A stretch of 64,000 bases of DNA from an archaeon (GTDB lineage Archaea > Nanobdellota > Nanobdellia > Pacearchaeales > DTIR01): positions 156,903 through 220,902 of the forward strand of contig JAZDNM010000003.1 of the NCBI GenBank assembly GCA_043799715.1, given 5' to 3'. The notes beneath the pieces are model-generated. The model was not told the origin of the DNA, made no database searches, and saw nothing but the letters and a program-made list of their open reading frames with translations. The position numbers and the translations under genes are program-made. Below are positions 63,401 to 64,000 of this stretch, one piece after another (the stretch's first letter is position 1; each line of letters begins with the position of its first letter).

Positions 63401-64000
63401 AAATCTTTGCAGCGAGTTGTTGAATGTAAACCACGAGAGATTTGTGAAAAAGGTGAGGTTTGACGGCTCGTCAGTGTCATTTGCTGTCACCCAGCATCCG
63501 AAGTTTATGTCCTCTGTTGCATTGCCTGAATATGGGGGAGCAGTCCTGCCGCATATAGAAGTGAACATTGGAATATCATTTGTGTTTGCAACAGAAAAAA
63601 TTACAATCTTTATCCTTGAGGAGTTCGGAGTGCCTGCATCTGTCACATTGAACTCAATTGTGTAATTACCAACATCGTCGTTTGTGGGGGTGAAGTTTAT
63701 TATTCTCGCTGTTTGGTTGTTTCCAAACTGGGTAAGATTAAACAGGTTGCATTTCGCGGAGTTTCTTGTGCTCCAGTTGAGCGTCGTGCAGTTGATGAAA
63801 GTCGCATTAAAATAAAAAGGCGTATTGGTTTCCTCATCACTTGCCTGAAGAGTGAAATTGAAGAATGTGTTTTCTGTTGCACTCATTGTGCTGTTAAGAT
63901 TTAGGAATATAGGAGCATCGTTTACTGCAGTGACTGTGAAGTTCATTTCTGCTTTATCTTCTATTCCCCCGCCATCACTGCATGTAAAAGCTATCTTCTT
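60479..64000 (-). CDS. Giant surface protein, partial (open to window end): cadherin-like/Ig-like repeats, very dense N-x-S/T sequons, poly-Gly linker, C-terminal sorting-signal-like anchor
   Basis: Frame stays open upstream of the Met at 63946 (..KKIAFTCSDGGGIEDKAEMNFTV). Recurrent repeat borders VNDAPIF, NETPRL, VNHAPYF, NSPPKF, NVPPAI. SGGGGGGGD linker. End is LPAFEGLFVFLLLYLIYHYTQRKMIMKRR. Confidence 0.8.
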   Translation of the reverse strand, partial: KKIAFTCSDGGGIEDKAEMNFTVTAVNDAPIFLNLNSTMSATENTFFNFTLQASDEETNTPFYFNATFINCTTLNWSTRNSAKCNLFNLTQFGNNQTARIINFTPTNDDVGNYTIEFNVTDAGTPNSSRIKIVIFSVANTNDIPMFTSICGRTAPPYSGNATEDINFGCWVTANDTDEPSNLTFFTNLSWFTFNNSLQRFTENISGNSSSQINFTANDSVVGVWHINITINDTYGGMNSTVIHFNISNVDDSVVLAAANSTFESYMQAEFYLEMNASDDDLRIPIQGRVCDYGCYNESLNFSREITGLTAGGNNPGTNTTLFRIIKNATSGNTTSAYLKFTPSQSDAGNYTVNITVWDRNNYSISSRVFNISIFANTVPYWNSPLETEFTMNEFTPAQTFTLNLNANATDDDSDAITFSDNTGLFAISSSGAFTITSDKANDSGLGTYSAIITLTDARGAVNSSKMFTFNIKNSNETPRLYLIANQSVSEDSALSMTMYANDEDLSMNVSASGFYSENINWSINSTTPWFTSGKLHFAVTDNKTAAISFTPNKTDVGVHTVNITLNDSTGRMDSQEFTITVGGVNHAPYFTYIGSPINVTLNSSNNYTCLECIDINVTDVEDGNDNTFNLNLTFVSNETWFKVQNGTGKVNFTVGRNKIRANGWWVNLTVYDTGINSANNVSNSTLFRIVVYEYNVPPAIDRFAPTIELQYNMEENSTALFQAIVSDENAHLPNNDILNVTWRVDGAINKTETASNNSSPWWRYNTTFLSETTNTTAHNITLWAYDSANNFSIVSWNVSVNHTNSPPKFTGTISNITMSDTSSVTVTCDLSSDSGMCTTGGTAVSAGGYFSDEDHTDARYNHSINLSIGVMQSDCITKKNSPAITTTLNSNTVSAIFYTTATIAECFNITAVDFQNATYNVTSNKFIVNLTVNSPASVPVPTSGGGGGGGDTRKTPIALKIVMPEPMTMYAKDRIIVPISVLNNGTIDLYGITLTVSSLPDGMNASLSRSKFDKLASKQKETFEMTLVTNTNTTGTYEVILTGTSRTPSYTDSASFFVNLVELGYKEKIKAQEKIVFLQELLLGNPECLELQEVLKQAKKELDSGNYAKALQLSEAAVQACKYAIASKGKTVEIKKKFRVQDFVLPAFEGLFVFLLLYLIYHYTQRKMIMKRR

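Noticed and set aside
1-64000. Search for CRISPR arrays, rRNA genes, transposases/integrases, prophage or defence islands
   Set aside because: No spaced direct-repeat arrays, no rRNA-like conserved stretches, and no DDE, tyrosine or serine recombinase signatures were seen. The only mobile or selfish elements found are the iscU intein and the MazEF cassette.

Overview
AT-rich, densely packed archaeal chromosome segment, probably from a small-genome DPANN-type archaeon. That placement is an inference from gene content: archaeal DnaG, unsplit Rpo2, Kae1, FEN1, family-B polymerase, SRP RNA, intron-containing tRNAs, class-III-signal pilins and sequon-rich surface proteins. I call about 70 coding regions, 4 tRNAs (Lys-CUU and Ser-GCU with long introns, Pro-CGG, initiator Met), an SRP RNA and one unassigned structured RNA candidate. 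I saw no rRNA, CRISPR array, transposase or integrase. Each RNA gene has a TATA-like box centred about 24-27 nt upstream, which helps set strand and start. The main observations are: (1) IscU is interrupted by a LAGLIDADG intein exactly at its first cluster-ligand cysteine, inside a tightly coupled arsR-iscS-DUF1858-DAC-iscU operon. (2) An SMC-type ATPase has a Rad50-like CPxC zinc hook at the exact coiled-coil midpoint instead of a hinge. (3) RNA polymerase subunit Rpo1 is a single ORF, with A' and A'' fused. (4) Three nucleotide-cyclase folds occur in one archaeal window: a GGDEF domain with I-site, a DAC domain, and a receptor-like class III cyclase domain lacking both metal-binding Asp. 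(5) There is a compact CooS-like Ni-CODH homologue with all cluster ligands. (6) A glutamate-dehydrogenase-fold protein without the catalytic Lys is coupled to a thioredoxin. (7) A TrxR-like flavoprotein with degenerate NADPH motifs is coupled to a ferredoxin. (8) A roughly 230-nt multi-helix RNA candidate has its own TATA box. Functional calls rest on motifs read by eye, and no database search was possible.
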